Under the pieces are notes generated by a model, which saw only the letters and a list, made by a program, of their open reading frames with translations, made no database searches and was not told where the DNA came from. 64,000 nucleotides of DNA from Bacteroidales bacterium (GTDB taxonomy: Bacteria > Bacteroidota > Bacteroidia > Bacteroidales > VadinHA17), in assembly GCA_016928075.1 (NCBI GenBank), contig JAFGLJ010000003.1, positions 4,581 through 68,580 of the forward strand, given 5' to 3'. A program made the translations under genes and the position numbers. Positions 28,499 through 37,108 of this stretch are shown one piece after another (positions within the stretch are counted from its first letter, which is position 1; the number at the start of each line of letters is the position of its first letter).

Positions 28499-28540
28499 AT
28501 AACTCATAACTCATAACTCATAACTCATAACTCATAACTC
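28499..28540 (+). repeat. Tandem heptamer array (ATAACTC) x6
   Basis: Six perfect units that end 8 nt before ATG 28549. Confidence 0.95.
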
Positions 28541-28548
28541 CTCTGGCC

Positions 28549-29388
28549 ATGAAGTACAAAATATTCCTCACAACAATCCTGACAGCGGTAATTCTGACAA
28601 CATCCTGCTCACAGGAAACGAAATACAACTATTATACCGGTAAAGGTCCTGAATCACTGGGTGAACCGATAACAACCCCCGTGAAGGTGCATGTTATATA
28701 CGATAACTATGTTTATAAAGAAGGAACACAGGCCGACTGGGGATTCTCAGTACTGATCGAAGGACTAGATAAATGCATACTCTTTGATACGGGAACACGA
28801 CCGGAAATCTTTGAAGCTAATTTCAGGGAAATGGGACTTGATGCATCCCAGATAGATGAAGTATTTATTTCTCATGAACATGGAGACCATTTCGGAGGTT
28901 TGGGAGCTGCACTTAATATGAATCCTGATATAAAAGTGGTTGTACCCGAAACTTTCAGTAATAATTTTTTCAGGATACCTGAAACCACAGGTTCTGTTAC
29001 AGAACTGGTAAGTAAACCTGTGCAGGTATGCAACGGGCTTTATACCACAGGCGTAATTGGAAGGGCTATACCTGAACAGTCTTTGGTATTGAATATGGAT
29101 AGAGGACTGGTGGTGATGACCGGCTGTTCTCATCCGGGAATCATTAATATCCTTGAACAGGTAAAAAATGACTTTGGGAAAGAAATATATATGGTCTTTG
29201 GTGGATTTCATCTTATGAACAGCTCAGAAAAACAGATAAACGAAATAATCGATACAATGCAGCAACTGGGTGTGAAAAAGTGTGGTGCCACCCATTGTAC
29301 TGGTGAACAGCAAATAGAATGGTTCAGGCAGGCATTTGGCGAAAATTTTGTAGAGATGGGTACGGGCAATGTAATTACAATTTTATAG
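28549..29388 (+). CDS. MBL-fold metallo-hydrolase lipoprotein
   Basis: Lipobox (TSC) and an ISHEHGDHFGGL (HxHxDH) motif. Confidence 0.75.
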   Translation: MKYKIFLTTILTAVILTTSCSQETKYNYYTGKGPESLGEPITTPVKVHVIYDNYVYKEGTQADWGFSVLIEGLDKCILFDTGTRPEIFEANFREMGLDASQIDEVFISHEHGDHFGGLGAALNMNPDIKVVVPETFSNNFFRIPETTGSVTELVSKPVQVCNGLYTTGVIGRAIPEQSLVLNMDRGLVVMTGCSHPGIINILEQVKNDFGKEIYMVFGGFHLMNSSEKQINEIIDTMQQLGVKKCGATHCTGEQQIEWFRQAFGENFVEMGTGNVITIL

Positions 29389-29402
29389 TTTGACTGTATA
29401 AA

Positions 29403-30089
29403 ATGCATAAAAAACTGATACTTGTATTATTTGGCACAATGCTTCTGGGCTGTGCATTAATGCGTGCCCAGGAGATAGTGAAACCCAATTACGGGCTCAA
29501 AAGCCCTGAAACCATTGAGGTTATAAGGGTAAGACTGACTGGCTCGCAAACACTGGTGGATATGAGTATACAGAATCTGGTGAGGGGTGGCTACTTCTGT
29601 ATTGATGAGAATACATATCTGGAATATGGAAACGGGATGAAACTGAAAATGCAAAAGGTAAGCGGGCTGCCCCTTTGCCCTGACAGGTATGAATTCAGGA
29701 CAACAGGGGAAAAGGTTTATTTTACTCTTTACTTCGATGAGTTGCCAGAAGATATCGACTGGTTTGATATTGTTGAATATTGTGGAGAGAATTGCTTCTC
29801 AGTTTTCGCTCTTAACCTGGATGAAGAAATTAATGAAAAAATTAACGCAGCCTTCAGTGCAATGGACAGACTCGAACCTGAACAGGCTATCGAAATATTC
29901 AGGAATATGCTGCCCTCACTGAGGTCGTGCGGGCATGGAATTACCGGCTCAGTATACCTCAACCTTGTTGAGCTGCTGGCAGCAAATAACCTCGATGATC
30001 AACTAAGGCAACTGGTATCCGACTTCAGAGAATCAAACATACCACACAAACAACGCTACCTCGAAATCCTTAATAACCTCGAATACTGA
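29403..30089 (+). CDS. Hypothetical secreted protein
   Basis: 228 aa with a signal peptide. No family recognised. Confidence 0.5.
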   Translation: MHKKLILVLFGTMLLGCALMRAQEIVKPNYGLKSPETIEVIRVRLTGSQTLVDMSIQNLVRGGYFCIDENTYLEYGNGMKLKMQKVSGLPLCPDRYEFRTTGEKVYFTLYFDELPEDIDWFDIVEYCGENCFSVFALNLDEEINEKINAAFSAMDRLEPEQAIEIFRNMLPSLRSCGHGITGSVYLNLVELLAANNLDDQLRQLVSDFRESNIPHKQRYLEILNNLEY

Positions 30090-30188
30090 GGCTGGGAGCA
30101 GTGAGATGAATGATAAATAATTAATATCGAATAGCGAATGTCGAAGTTCTGATATGTATTCTGCATTCACTCTCGACTCGTTTTTACC

Positions 30189-30275
30189 AACCTTATCAAC
30201 TTTCCAAGGCTTTAGCCTCAGCCTTAGCTTTCCCTGTCCGCCGTAGTCTTGACGGAGGCGGAAACCTCAGCCTTT
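30189..30275 (+). repeat. Composite repeat with an AACCTTATCAACTT module, TAGCCT/CAGCCT hexamers and a TCCGCCGTAGTC hairpin
   Basis: Hexamers lie at 30213-30230. An imperfect hairpin TCCGCCGT..ACGGAGGCGGA spans 30237-30262. The same modules occur at 38037-38082, 51671-51710, 55653-55772 and 61734-61769. Confidence 0.85.
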
Positions 30276-30375
30276 CATTATTTATAATCAATATAAATAT
30301 ATCGATTAACAATAAATATATTTTGTTTTTCAATAAATAAGTTTTACCTTGGTCCCGTAATTAAATCTGATAATT

Positions 30376-31005
30376 ATGGAAAAAGCAAAAACACCGGTCA
30401 GTATCAGGATAATATTCATAATGAATGAGATTATCTTCTGGTTATTTAATCTTGCTGCTCTTGGAGCGGTAGTAATAGCTTTCCTTGTCTTTATAAACCA
30501 TTTTGGTGATGATCTGCAATTGCAGATAAAATTACCTGTTGCCTTCAATGCAGATCTTGATGGTGTCCTGATGCGTGAGAATTCATCTGTAAATGTTCAC
30601 CTGGTAGATGCTTATGGAGAAATACAGTTTGTGGATACACCGCTGCGGATAGCCAGGGTTTTTATGATCCCTTTATTACTTGCAGTTGGTGCAATGTATT
30701 TCATGTTGTTCATATTCAGGAAATTCATATGGAGTGTTAACAGGGGTGTTATATTTGAGACTAAGAATATAAGGCGTCTCAGGGTCTTGGCCCTCAGCCT
30801 CCTGGCTTTCTGGGTTTTTTGGGTTGTTTATGACTTACTGATTATGGTTTTCATAGCCAGTAACCTGCACTTTGGCACCATAGATATGATAAATAAGACA
30901 CAGTCTCATGCTACATTGTTGATTTTTTCACTTGTTCTCTGGGCCCTGTCGCATATTTTTCTGAAGGGATTGAAACTTGAAGAAGAAACCAGCTTAACAA
31001 TTTAA
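30376..31005 (+). CDS. DUF2975-type membrane protein
   Basis: 209-aa multi-TM protein immediately upstream of a YozG-like HTH gene, which is the usual pairing for this family. Confidence 0.6.
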   Translation: MEKAKTPVSIRIIFIMNEIIFWLFNLAALGAVVIAFLVFINHFGDDLQLQIKLPVAFNADLDGVLMRENSSVNVHLVDAYGEIQFVDTPLRIARVFMIPLLLAVGAMYFMLFIFRKFIWSVNRGVIFETKNIRRLRVLALSLLAFWVFWVVYDLLIMVFIASNLHFGTIDMINKTQSHATLLIFSLVLWALSHIFLKGLKLEEETSLTI

Positions 31006-31016
31006 TATTATAAAGT

Positions 31017-31226
31017 ATGGCTATTATTGTTAATCTCGATGTTATGCTTGCACGGCGAAAGATGAGCCTGACCGAATTGTCCGAAAAAGTTGGGCTCACT
31101 ATGGCCAACCTGTCGGTTCTGAAAACAGGCAAGGCAAAAGCAATCCGTTTCTCAACCCTCGATAGCATTTGCGCAACACTTGACTGCCAGCCGGGCGATA
31201 TTCTCGAATATACACCACATACCTGA
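31017..31226 (+). CDS. Helix-turn-helix transcriptional regulator (XRE/YozG-like)
   Basis: 69 aa, with MSLTELSEKVGLTMANLSVLKTGKAKAIRFSTL matching the short Cro/C1-type HTH family. Confidence 0.8.
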   Translation: MAIIVNLDVMLARRKMSLTELSEKVGLTMANLSVLKTGKAKAIRFSTLDSICATLDCQPGDILEYTPHT

Positions 31227-31283
31227 CCACATGGGGGAGATAAAAAATGAACCGGAACCTGTCTCCCCCTTCCTTTCATCACC

Positions 31284-31321
31284 ATCTGCGTAATCAGCGA
31301 AAATCTGAGTGATCAGCGTTT
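31284..31321 (+). repeat. ATCTGCGTAAT-type ~19-mer, two tandem copies
   Basis: ATCTGCGTAATCAGCGAAA followed by ATCTGAGTGATCAGCGTTT. Related pairs occur at 32515, 41105 and 44575. Confidence 0.85.
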
Positions 31322-31432
31322 ATGATATATCGCATATTTTTTCCCAGCAACAATTTGATTTTTTCTCACTATATTCGCATCTCGAAAAATATTGTATGCT
31401 AATTTTAAGTAAAACAAACAAAAGGAATTATT

Positions 31433-31897
31433 ATGAAAAAAATACTGGGTCTGGCTATTATCATGGCATTATTTGCTGCCTGTGGGAATACGACCGGAGA
31501 AAAAACTGCTGCTGAAGGTAGCGAAAGCATTGAACAGGTCACTTTTGCAAACCTTACTGAAAATCCCGACCAGTACCTGGGTAAAGAGATAAGCCTGGAA
31601 GGTAAAGTGGTTCACGTGTGCATGCACAGCGGGAAAAAAATGTATATCGTGGGTGAAGATCCCGATATAAGGTTATTCATTTCAGCTGGGGAAGAATTGC
31701 CTAAATTTCCTATGGATCTGCTGGGTAGTGAAATATCTGTCACCGGTGTGTTCCAGAAAATTGAAGCAGGTGCAGAAATGGAAAAGGAACATGCAGGTGC
31801 TGAAGAAGGTGAAGACTGTGAAACTGAAGCTGCTATTGCAAAACAGCCCGTTCTCGCAGATATGATGCTTAATTATAAGGCTCATACAGTAAAATAA
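31433..31897 (+). CDS. Hypothetical lipoprotein
   Basis: 154 aa with a lipobox (FAAC). No family recognised. Confidence 0.55.
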   Translation: MKKILGLAIIMALFAACGNTTGEKTAAEGSESIEQVTFANLTENPDQYLGKEISLEGKVVHVCMHSGKKMYIVGEDPDIRLFISAGEELPKFPMDLLGSEISVTGVFQKIEAGAEMEKEHAGAEEGEDCETEAAIAKQPVLADMMLNYKAHTVK

Positions 31898-31920
31898 AAG
31901 AATATTTATATTTTTGTCGA

Positions 31921-31945
31921 GGTCAGGCCCAGCCTGGCCTTTTTT
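31921..31945 (+). terminator. Rho-independent terminator
   Basis: GGTCAGGC-cca-GCCTGGCC (8-bp stem including one G-U pair) followed by TTTTTT, 24 nt after the stop at 31897. Confidence 0.8.
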
Positions 31946-31956
31946 AATTATTTGAC

Positions 31957-32505
31957 ATGAAATTACGAAAACTTAACAGGTTAACCCACAGAGATTTAGG
32001 ATACCTTATTGCGGGCATGACAATCATTTATGCCGTTTCGGGCATTGCCCTCAATCATAAACACGATTGGAATTCAAATTATATTATCGACCAGCGCACT
32101 TTTACCACTGATATACGTTTTACCAGGGATTCCACTAACGAGGAAAAAGTGTTTCAATTGCTCGAAGAACTGGGGGAGACCAAGAATTTTAAGACTTCTT
32201 ATTATCCTACCGGTGATAAGCTCACTCTTTTCCTTGTGGGCGGCTCGGCCATAGTCAATACCGACACAGGAGAAGGGTATGTTGAAAGGATAAGCAAGCG
32301 TCCATTATTTTACCAGTTCAATTTCCTGCATTATAACCCCGGCAGGTGGTGGAAATGGTTCAGTGATATATTCTGTGTATCATTGATACTGGTTACAATT
32401 ACCGGGCTGTTCATCCTCAAAGGGAAGCACGGCATTACCCGCCGCGGAGCAGTGCTCACAGCCATAGGAATAATACTACCGCTTATATTCCTGTTTATTT
32501 ACTGA
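31957..32505 (+). CDS. PepSY-associated TM helix domain protein
   Basis: 182 aa. The N-terminal RKLNRLTHRDLGYLIAGMTIIYAVSGIALNH segment is typical of this family, and there is a C-terminal TM pair. Confidence 0.65.
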   Translation: MKLRKLNRLTHRDLGYLIAGMTIIYAVSGIALNHKHDWNSNYIIDQRTFTTDIRFTRDSTNEEKVFQLLEELGETKNFKTSYYPTGDKLTLFLVGGSAIVNTDTGEGYVERISKRPLFYQFNFLHYNPGRWWKWFSDIFCVSLILVTITGLFILKGKHGITRRGAVLTAIGIILPLIFLFIY

Positions 32506-32514
32506 TACCCCTTC

Positions 32515-32552
32515 ATCTGCGTAATCAGTGTAAATCTGCGTAAACAGTGTCA
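32515..32552 (+). repeat. ATCTGCGTAAT-type ~19-mer, two tandem copies
   Basis: ATCTGCGTAATCAGTGTAA followed by ATCTGCGTAAACAGTGTCA. Confidence 0.9.
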
Positions 32553-32611
32553 TTTAGCATTCCTTCGCAATGCCCTTTACTAACCTCATCAACTTAATAC
32601 ACATCCCTTCC

Positions 32612-32652
32612 CTGCTCCCTGCCCCCTGCTCCCTGCCCCCTGCCCCCTGCTG
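32612..32652 (+). repeat. Tandem heptamer array (CTGCYCC), about 6 units
   Basis: Counted by hand: CTGCTCC, CTGCCCC, CTGCTCC, CTGCCCC, CTGCCCC, CTGCTGC. Confidence 0.95.
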
Positions 32653-32683
32653 CCGGACAGGTACTTCGTTTCTCTTCGTCTCA

Positions 32684-33316
32684 TCACTCATCACTCATCT
32701 TTCGCATCCCTTTCGCATGATCCAGAATCACAAGCTTCAGGCTGATCATAAGGCCTAAAATGGCAAACTTCTGTACCATATGACGTATGGGCGAACCTAC
32801 AGCATAAAGGAATGCATATGGAAGTACAGTACCCTGTAATAAAAGGTGATAAAGGTACGGCCTGATTTTATTGGTATGTTTAATAAGTTCGTGGATTTGA
32901 ATAACTGTAAGTAACCATAATGAACCTATTACGAGTGCTCCACCAATTGAATGTATGGTATTCAGCACATCGCATGGAACAATGAGAAGAATATACCCGC
33001 CAGCAGCTATTCTGAGTAAAAAATGACTGGTATTATGCTCTGTCAGGTTACTCAATTTGAAACAAATGAGCGCACTTAGTATCATGCCCGTGCCATACAC
33101 AAGGAGAGAAAGTGTATTTGGACTGCCATCCTGGGTGCGGATACGCCCGAAATGACTGATTGCATGCTCCTTGAAAGAAAACGGCTGTCCATAAGTCAAC
33201 ATTCCAAGTATGAATACCAGTATTGTAAGATAAATGAGGTAGCTCGAATACCTGTTCAGCTTATGGTATATACCAAGTACTTCTTCACGGGTATGTAATT
33301 CTGTACGTGCCAGCAT
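32684..33316 (-). CDS. Hypothetical polytopic membrane protein
   Basis: 210 aa with 5-6 TM helices. Its 3' end runs into the CATCACT and TTTCGCAT repeat modules. Confidence 0.55.
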   Translation of the reverse strand: MLARTELHTREEVLGIYHKLNRYSSYLIYLTILVFILGMLTYGQPFSFKEHAISHFGRIRTQDGSPNTLSLLVYGTGMILSALICFKLSNLTEHNTSHFLLRIAAGGYILLIVPCDVLNTIHSIGGALVIGSLWLLTVIQIHELIKHTNKIRPYLYHLLLQGTVLPYAFLYAVGSPIRHMVQKFAILGLMISLKLVILDHAKGMRKMSDE

Positions 33317-33374
33317 ATCCCCCGGGGTTTACGTATGTTTAAGTTACAAAAAAATAACCTTGATATCAAGCTAA

Positions 33375-33890
33375 TCAGTACTCAATCCCTTTTCTCGCTT
33401 TAACACCGCTTTGGTAGTAGTGTTTTACCTCTTTCATCTCGGTAACAAGATCGGCAATATCGGTAAGTTCCCTCGGAGCGTACCTTCCGGTTACGATAAT
33501 TTCAGTTTCCTCTTTTTTCTTTTTCAATATATCTATCAGTTCATCTGCACTGAAAAGCTTATAATAAATCGCTATGTTTGCCTCATCAAGTACTATTATA
33601 TTATATTTCCCTTCCATGATTATTCTTTCTACTTCGGCCAGTCCCCTGCGTGCAGCCTTTATATCTTCCTCCTCCGGCTCCTTTATAATAAAACATCCCC
33701 GCCCGTATTGCTTAACAATAATATCCGGGAAGGTCCTGGTTAATGCCTCTGTTTCGGAATATTTTCTGCCCTTTACAAACTGGGCAATAAACACCTTTTT
33801 ACCTGCACCGGCTGCCCTCAATGCAAGGCCGAAAGCTGCCGTTGTCTTGCCCTTTCCATTACCTGTATAAACCTGTATATAACCTTTCAT
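33375..33890 (-). CDS. cobO: Cob(I)yrinic acid a,c-diamide adenosyltransferase (CobA/CobO/BtuR type)
   Basis: 171 aa with a P-loop YTGNGKGKTTAAFGLALRA, plus the DE..NIA and VTGR blocks typical of the family. Confidence 0.85.
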   Translation of the reverse strand: MKGYIQVYTGNGKGKTTAAFGLALRAAGAGKKVFIAQFVKGRKYSETEALTRTFPDIIVKQYGRGCFIIKEPEEEDIKAARRGLAEVERIIMEGKYNIIVLDEANIAIYYKLFSADELIDILKKKKEETEIIVTGRYAPRELTDIADLVTEMKEVKHYYQSGVKARKGIEY

Positions 33891-33902
33891 AGGAAAAAGT
33901 GT

Positions 33903-34988
33903 CTATTTGAAACAAAATGATGAGGGTATAATGCCTGCCCGGAATGTATCAACAGCCGCGCCGTTGAGCCGGTAGCGGTAAACAAAACCTCTCTGTACAT
34001 TATCTAATACATCGGATACATATAGATCGGAGGTGTAGGGATCAAATCCGAGCCCGTAAAACCTCCCTGATGAACCTGAATTTGGACTCCCGATAAAAAC
34101 CTCCGGCTCCTGCTCAGAATAAACCGGGTGCCTGTAAACGTGCCTGTTGATGAAATACAATGTATCCCTGCTACCATTTAGCTCCAGCTCTCCGGGGGAG
34201 TCTCCCAACTCAAACCTCCATATTTTTTCCACTGTCATTAGTTTTGCATCAATCCTTAATAGTCCCGGTGCTTCGTACCCATATGTGCTTGCCCGGGAGC
34301 CACCATCTGTAAGGACCCATATCTTGTTAAACCTGTCTATAACCATCGATTGTGGCTGGATCAATACTTCTATTGAATCTACAGGCTGATCGGTATCGCT
34401 GTCGATAACAAGGATCTTATTGTCATTATTCCAGCAATTGGTGAAGATCAACCTGCCGTACTGTACCATTTCTTCTGTGGGATGCTGGTTATATTCACTG
34501 CTGTTATTGCTTACATCAATATAACCCGTGATTTCACGTGATAACGGGTTTATGATTGCAATTGAGCGTGCATAAAGGTCAGTAACATAGGCCTTACTGG
34601 CACTTATGAAGTGCATATGGCGTGGTGAGGTAAGCCCGGTTATTTCCCCTTCATACTGAAAAGTATTGATATTTATAATATTGATCTTCCCGCTGTTGCT
34701 TATCACTATATAACCCAGGCTATCCCTGATGACCATGGATGTAGCCACATCACCCAGTGGCGTTGCGTTAGTATTGAAAAATATGTCATTCTTTACCTCC
34801 CTGGTTACAATATCATAAAATGAAAGAGAAGCATTATTGTAAGTGGAATTGCCTTCATTAACTATAAATACACCGGCTGATGGTATTTCAGACCATTCTA
34901 AGTCCGGTCCCCATACTTCACTATTTCTCATGCATGATATTGCTAAGAAAGATATCAGCAATATTATATTTAAAAGTTTGGTTTTCAT
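33903..34988 (-). CDS. YncE/DUF5074-like beta-propeller surface lipoprotein
   Basis: Lipobox (ISC) and a repeated beta-strand-rich pattern with a length typical of the propeller lipoproteins found in Bacteroidota corrinoid loci. The family assignment is by resemblance only. Confidence 0.5.
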   Translation of the reverse strand: MKTKLLNIILLISFLAISCMRNSEVWGPDLEWSEIPSAGVFIVNEGNSTYNNASLSFYDIVTREVKNDIFFNTNATPLGDVATSMVIRDSLGYIVISNSGKINIININTFQYEGEITGLTSPRHMHFISASKAYVTDLYARSIAIINPLSREITGYIDVSNNSSEYNQHPTEEMVQYGRLIFTNCWNNDNKILVIDSDTDQPVDSIEVLIQPQSMVIDRFNKIWVLTDGGSRASTYGYEAPGLLRIDAKLMTVEKIWRFELGDSPGELELNGSRDTLYFINRHVYRHPVYSEQEPEVFIGSPNSGSSGRFYGLGFDPYTSDLYVSDVLDNVQRGFVYRYRLNGAAVDTFRAGIIPSSFCFK

Positions 34989-35158
34989 ACTTCAAATTTA
35001 ATCATTAATAGCAACATGTAAATACCCCCAGGCATTGGACTGTAGAGCAGCCAATGTCATTCCCCGGTGGGTGAACGACTCGGAAGTTACATCGTTAGTC
35101 GTTCGTCGCACCTCGCAAATATCATCTTTCCCCTGTTGACTTTGTACATTTAATAGTT

Positions 35159-35166
35159 TAAATTTG
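35159..35166 (+). promoter_or_regulatory. Candidate Bacteroidota -7 promoter box (TAnnTTTG)
   Basis: TAAATTTG lies 43 nt upstream of ATG 35209. Confidence 0.3.
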
Positions 35167-35208
35167 GTAAATCTCAAAAAAGAATAATTATCATTTAAGA
35201 CTGAATAA

Positions 35209-35622
35209 ATGGTTTATGAGGAACTTCTAAGGTTGAATAATCTCAAAGTAACACCCCAGAGAGTGGCAGTGCTCGAAGCCTTCGATCATCTTAAAACACA
35301 CCCGACGGCTGAAGAGATAAGCGGGTATATAAGACGGAAATATCCCGGTATTGCTACCGGTACCATTTATAAGATACTTGATATCCTGGTTGAAAGAGGC
35401 ATTATAAAAAAAGTCAAAACTGACAGGGATATAATGCGCTATGATTCGGTCAGGGATAACCATCACCATCTTTATGACAGGTATACGGATGATATAACAG
35501 ACTACTTTGATGAAGACCTTGATAATCTGCTGACTGATTATTTCAGGAAAAAAAATATACCGGGATTCAGAATAGACGAGATCAAGCTTCAGATCAGTGG
35601 TAAAAAAACCGGTAAGAAATAG
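35209..35622 (+). CDS. Fur-family transcriptional repressor (PerR-like by context)
   Basis: 137 aa with an N-terminal winged-helix VTPQRVAVLEAF...HPTAEEI motif and an HHHLYD metal-site region. It sits directly upstream of the catalase gene. Confidence 0.8.
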   Translation: MVYEELLRLNNLKVTPQRVAVLEAFDHLKTHPTAEEISGYIRRKYPGIATGTIYKILDILVERGIIKKVKTDRDIMRYDSVRDNHHHLYDRYTDDITDYFDEDLDNLLTDYFRKKNIPGFRIDEIKLQISGKKTGKK

Positions 35623-35656
35623 AATATTCAGCATATGAATTTTAAAACCAAAAACG

Positions 35657-37108
35657 ATGAATAAGAAGAAAAAGCTCACAAATGCCTCTGGAAGGCCATA
35701 TCATGAGAATGAAGATAGTATGACTGCCGGGCGGCGCGGCCCCGTTTTGTTGCAGGATCATTACCTGCATGAGAAACTGGCCCACTTTAACCGTGAACGT
35801 ATACCCGAAAGGGTTGTCCATGCCAAGGGGACTGGTGCCTTCGGCACATTCAAGGTCACGAACGATATCACACGGTACACCAGGGCTAAGTTGTTCAGTA
35901 AGGTTGGTAATGAATGTCGCGTGTTTGTACGATTTTCCACCGTAGGCGGTGAAAAGGGTAGTGCCGACACCGAACGCGACCCCAGGGGCTTTGCAGTGAA
36001 GTTTTATACCGAAGATGGAAACTGGGACCTGGTAGGAAATAATACCCCCGTTTTCTTTATCAAAGACCCGAAGAAATTCCCCGATTTCATACATACCCAG
36101 AAACGCGATCCTAAAACAAACCTGAAAAGCCCGACAATGATATGGGATTACTGGGGGCTTAATCCTGAAAGCCTGCACCAGGTGATGATATTGTTCAGCG
36201 ACCGTGGTACACCGGATGGATACAGGTACATGAACGGCTATGGCAGCCATACCTTCTCCATGGTGAACAGTAAGAATGAAAGGGTATGGGTCAAGTTCCA
36301 TTTCAAGACCATGCAGGGGAACAGGACCCTTACAGGTCCACAGGCTGATGAGATAAGGGGTAAGGACCCTGATTATTCGCAGCGTGACCTGGTCAAAGCT
36401 ATTGAGGCGGGTGATTATCCGAAATGGGCCCTTAAGATACAGGTCATGACTGATGAACAGGCAAGGAACTTCAGGTGGAACCCGTTCGACCTGACAAAAG
36501 TATGGCCACATGGGGAGTACCCACTGATTGATGCCGGCATTATGGAACTGAACGAGATACCTGAAAATTACTTTGCCGACGTTGAACAATCAGCCTTTGC
36601 TCCTTCCCATACGGTTGATGGCATTGGCCTTTCACCTGATAAAATGCTGCAGGGCAGGATATTTGCCTACCCCGATGCCCACCGCTACAGGCTCGGGGCA
36701 AACTATGAGCAGATACCTGTCAACAGGCCAATAAATCCGGTGCATAATTACCAGCGCGACGGGATGATGAGGGTTGATGGTAACCAGGGCGATAATCCTA
36801 ACTACTTCCCCAATAGCTTTGATGATATAGAAGCTGATAAGGCATACAGGGAACCACCGTTGAAACTTGATGGTGATGTGGCCGACTCATTCGACAGGAA
36901 TGAAAACGATGATGATCATTACTCACAACCGGCAGCACTGGTAAATGAAGTAATGACCAAACAGGAAAGGGAAAACACTGTTGCCAATATCATTGCATCA
37001 ATGAAGGGCATATGCGGACCAAAAAAGGGCGAGATAATAAAGAGGCAGCTGGAGCATTTTGAAAAAATGGATCCGGTCTTTGCAAAAGCAGTTGCAAACG
37101 GGCTTTAA
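35657..37108 (+). CDS. Monofunctional haem catalase
   Basis: 483 aa with the RERIPERVVHAKG active-site block and the RIFAYPDAHRYR proximal-ligand block. Confidence 0.95.
   Translation: MNKKKKLTNASGRPYHENEDSMTAGRRGPVLLQDHYLHEKLAHFNRERIPERVVHAKGTGAFGTFKVTNDITRYTRAKLFSKVGNECRVFVRFSTVGGEKGSADTERDPRGFAVKFYTEDGNWDLVGNNTPVFFIKDPKKFPDFIHTQKRDPKTNLKSPTMIWDYWGLNPESLHQVMILFSDRGTPDGYRYMNGYGSHTFSMVNSKNERVWVKFHFKTMQGNRTLTGPQADEIRGKDPDYSQRDLVKAIEAGDYPKWALKIQVMTDEQARNFRWNPFDLTKVWPHGEYPLIDAGIMELNEIPENYFADVEQSAFAPSHTVDGIGLSPDKMLQGRIFAYPDAHRYRLGANYEQIPVNRPINPVHNYQRDGMMRVDGNQGDNPNYFPNSFDDIEADKAYREPPLKLDGDVADSFDRNENDDDHYSQPAALVNEVMTKQERENTVANIIASMKGICGPKKGEIIKRQLEHFEKMDPVFAKAVANGL

Noticed and set aside
33347-33370. 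A possible terminator after cobO (palindrome CTTGATATCAAG followed on the minus strand by an A/T run).
   Set aside because: The stem would be only 4 bp of mostly A-T pairs with a 4-nt loop, and the T-run is separated from it. This is too weak to call.
34989-35208. A canonical cobalamin riboswitch upstream of the propeller-lipoprotein/cobO operon.
   Set aside because: I found only a loose B12-box-like stretch (AGTCCAATGCCTGG). I could not locate the conserved GGGAA / GGTGAAA / GCCACTG core. It is kept only as a low-confidence structured leader in the findings and needs a covariance-model search.
35642-36589. 315-aa ORF antisense to the catalase gene. Other long antisense ORFs include 43773..44360, 48161..48799, 47048..47641 and 49470..50024.
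   Set aside because: The opposite strand encodes proteins with unmistakable family signatures. The antisense ORFs have no recognisable motifs and odd composition, so they are typical shadow ORFs.
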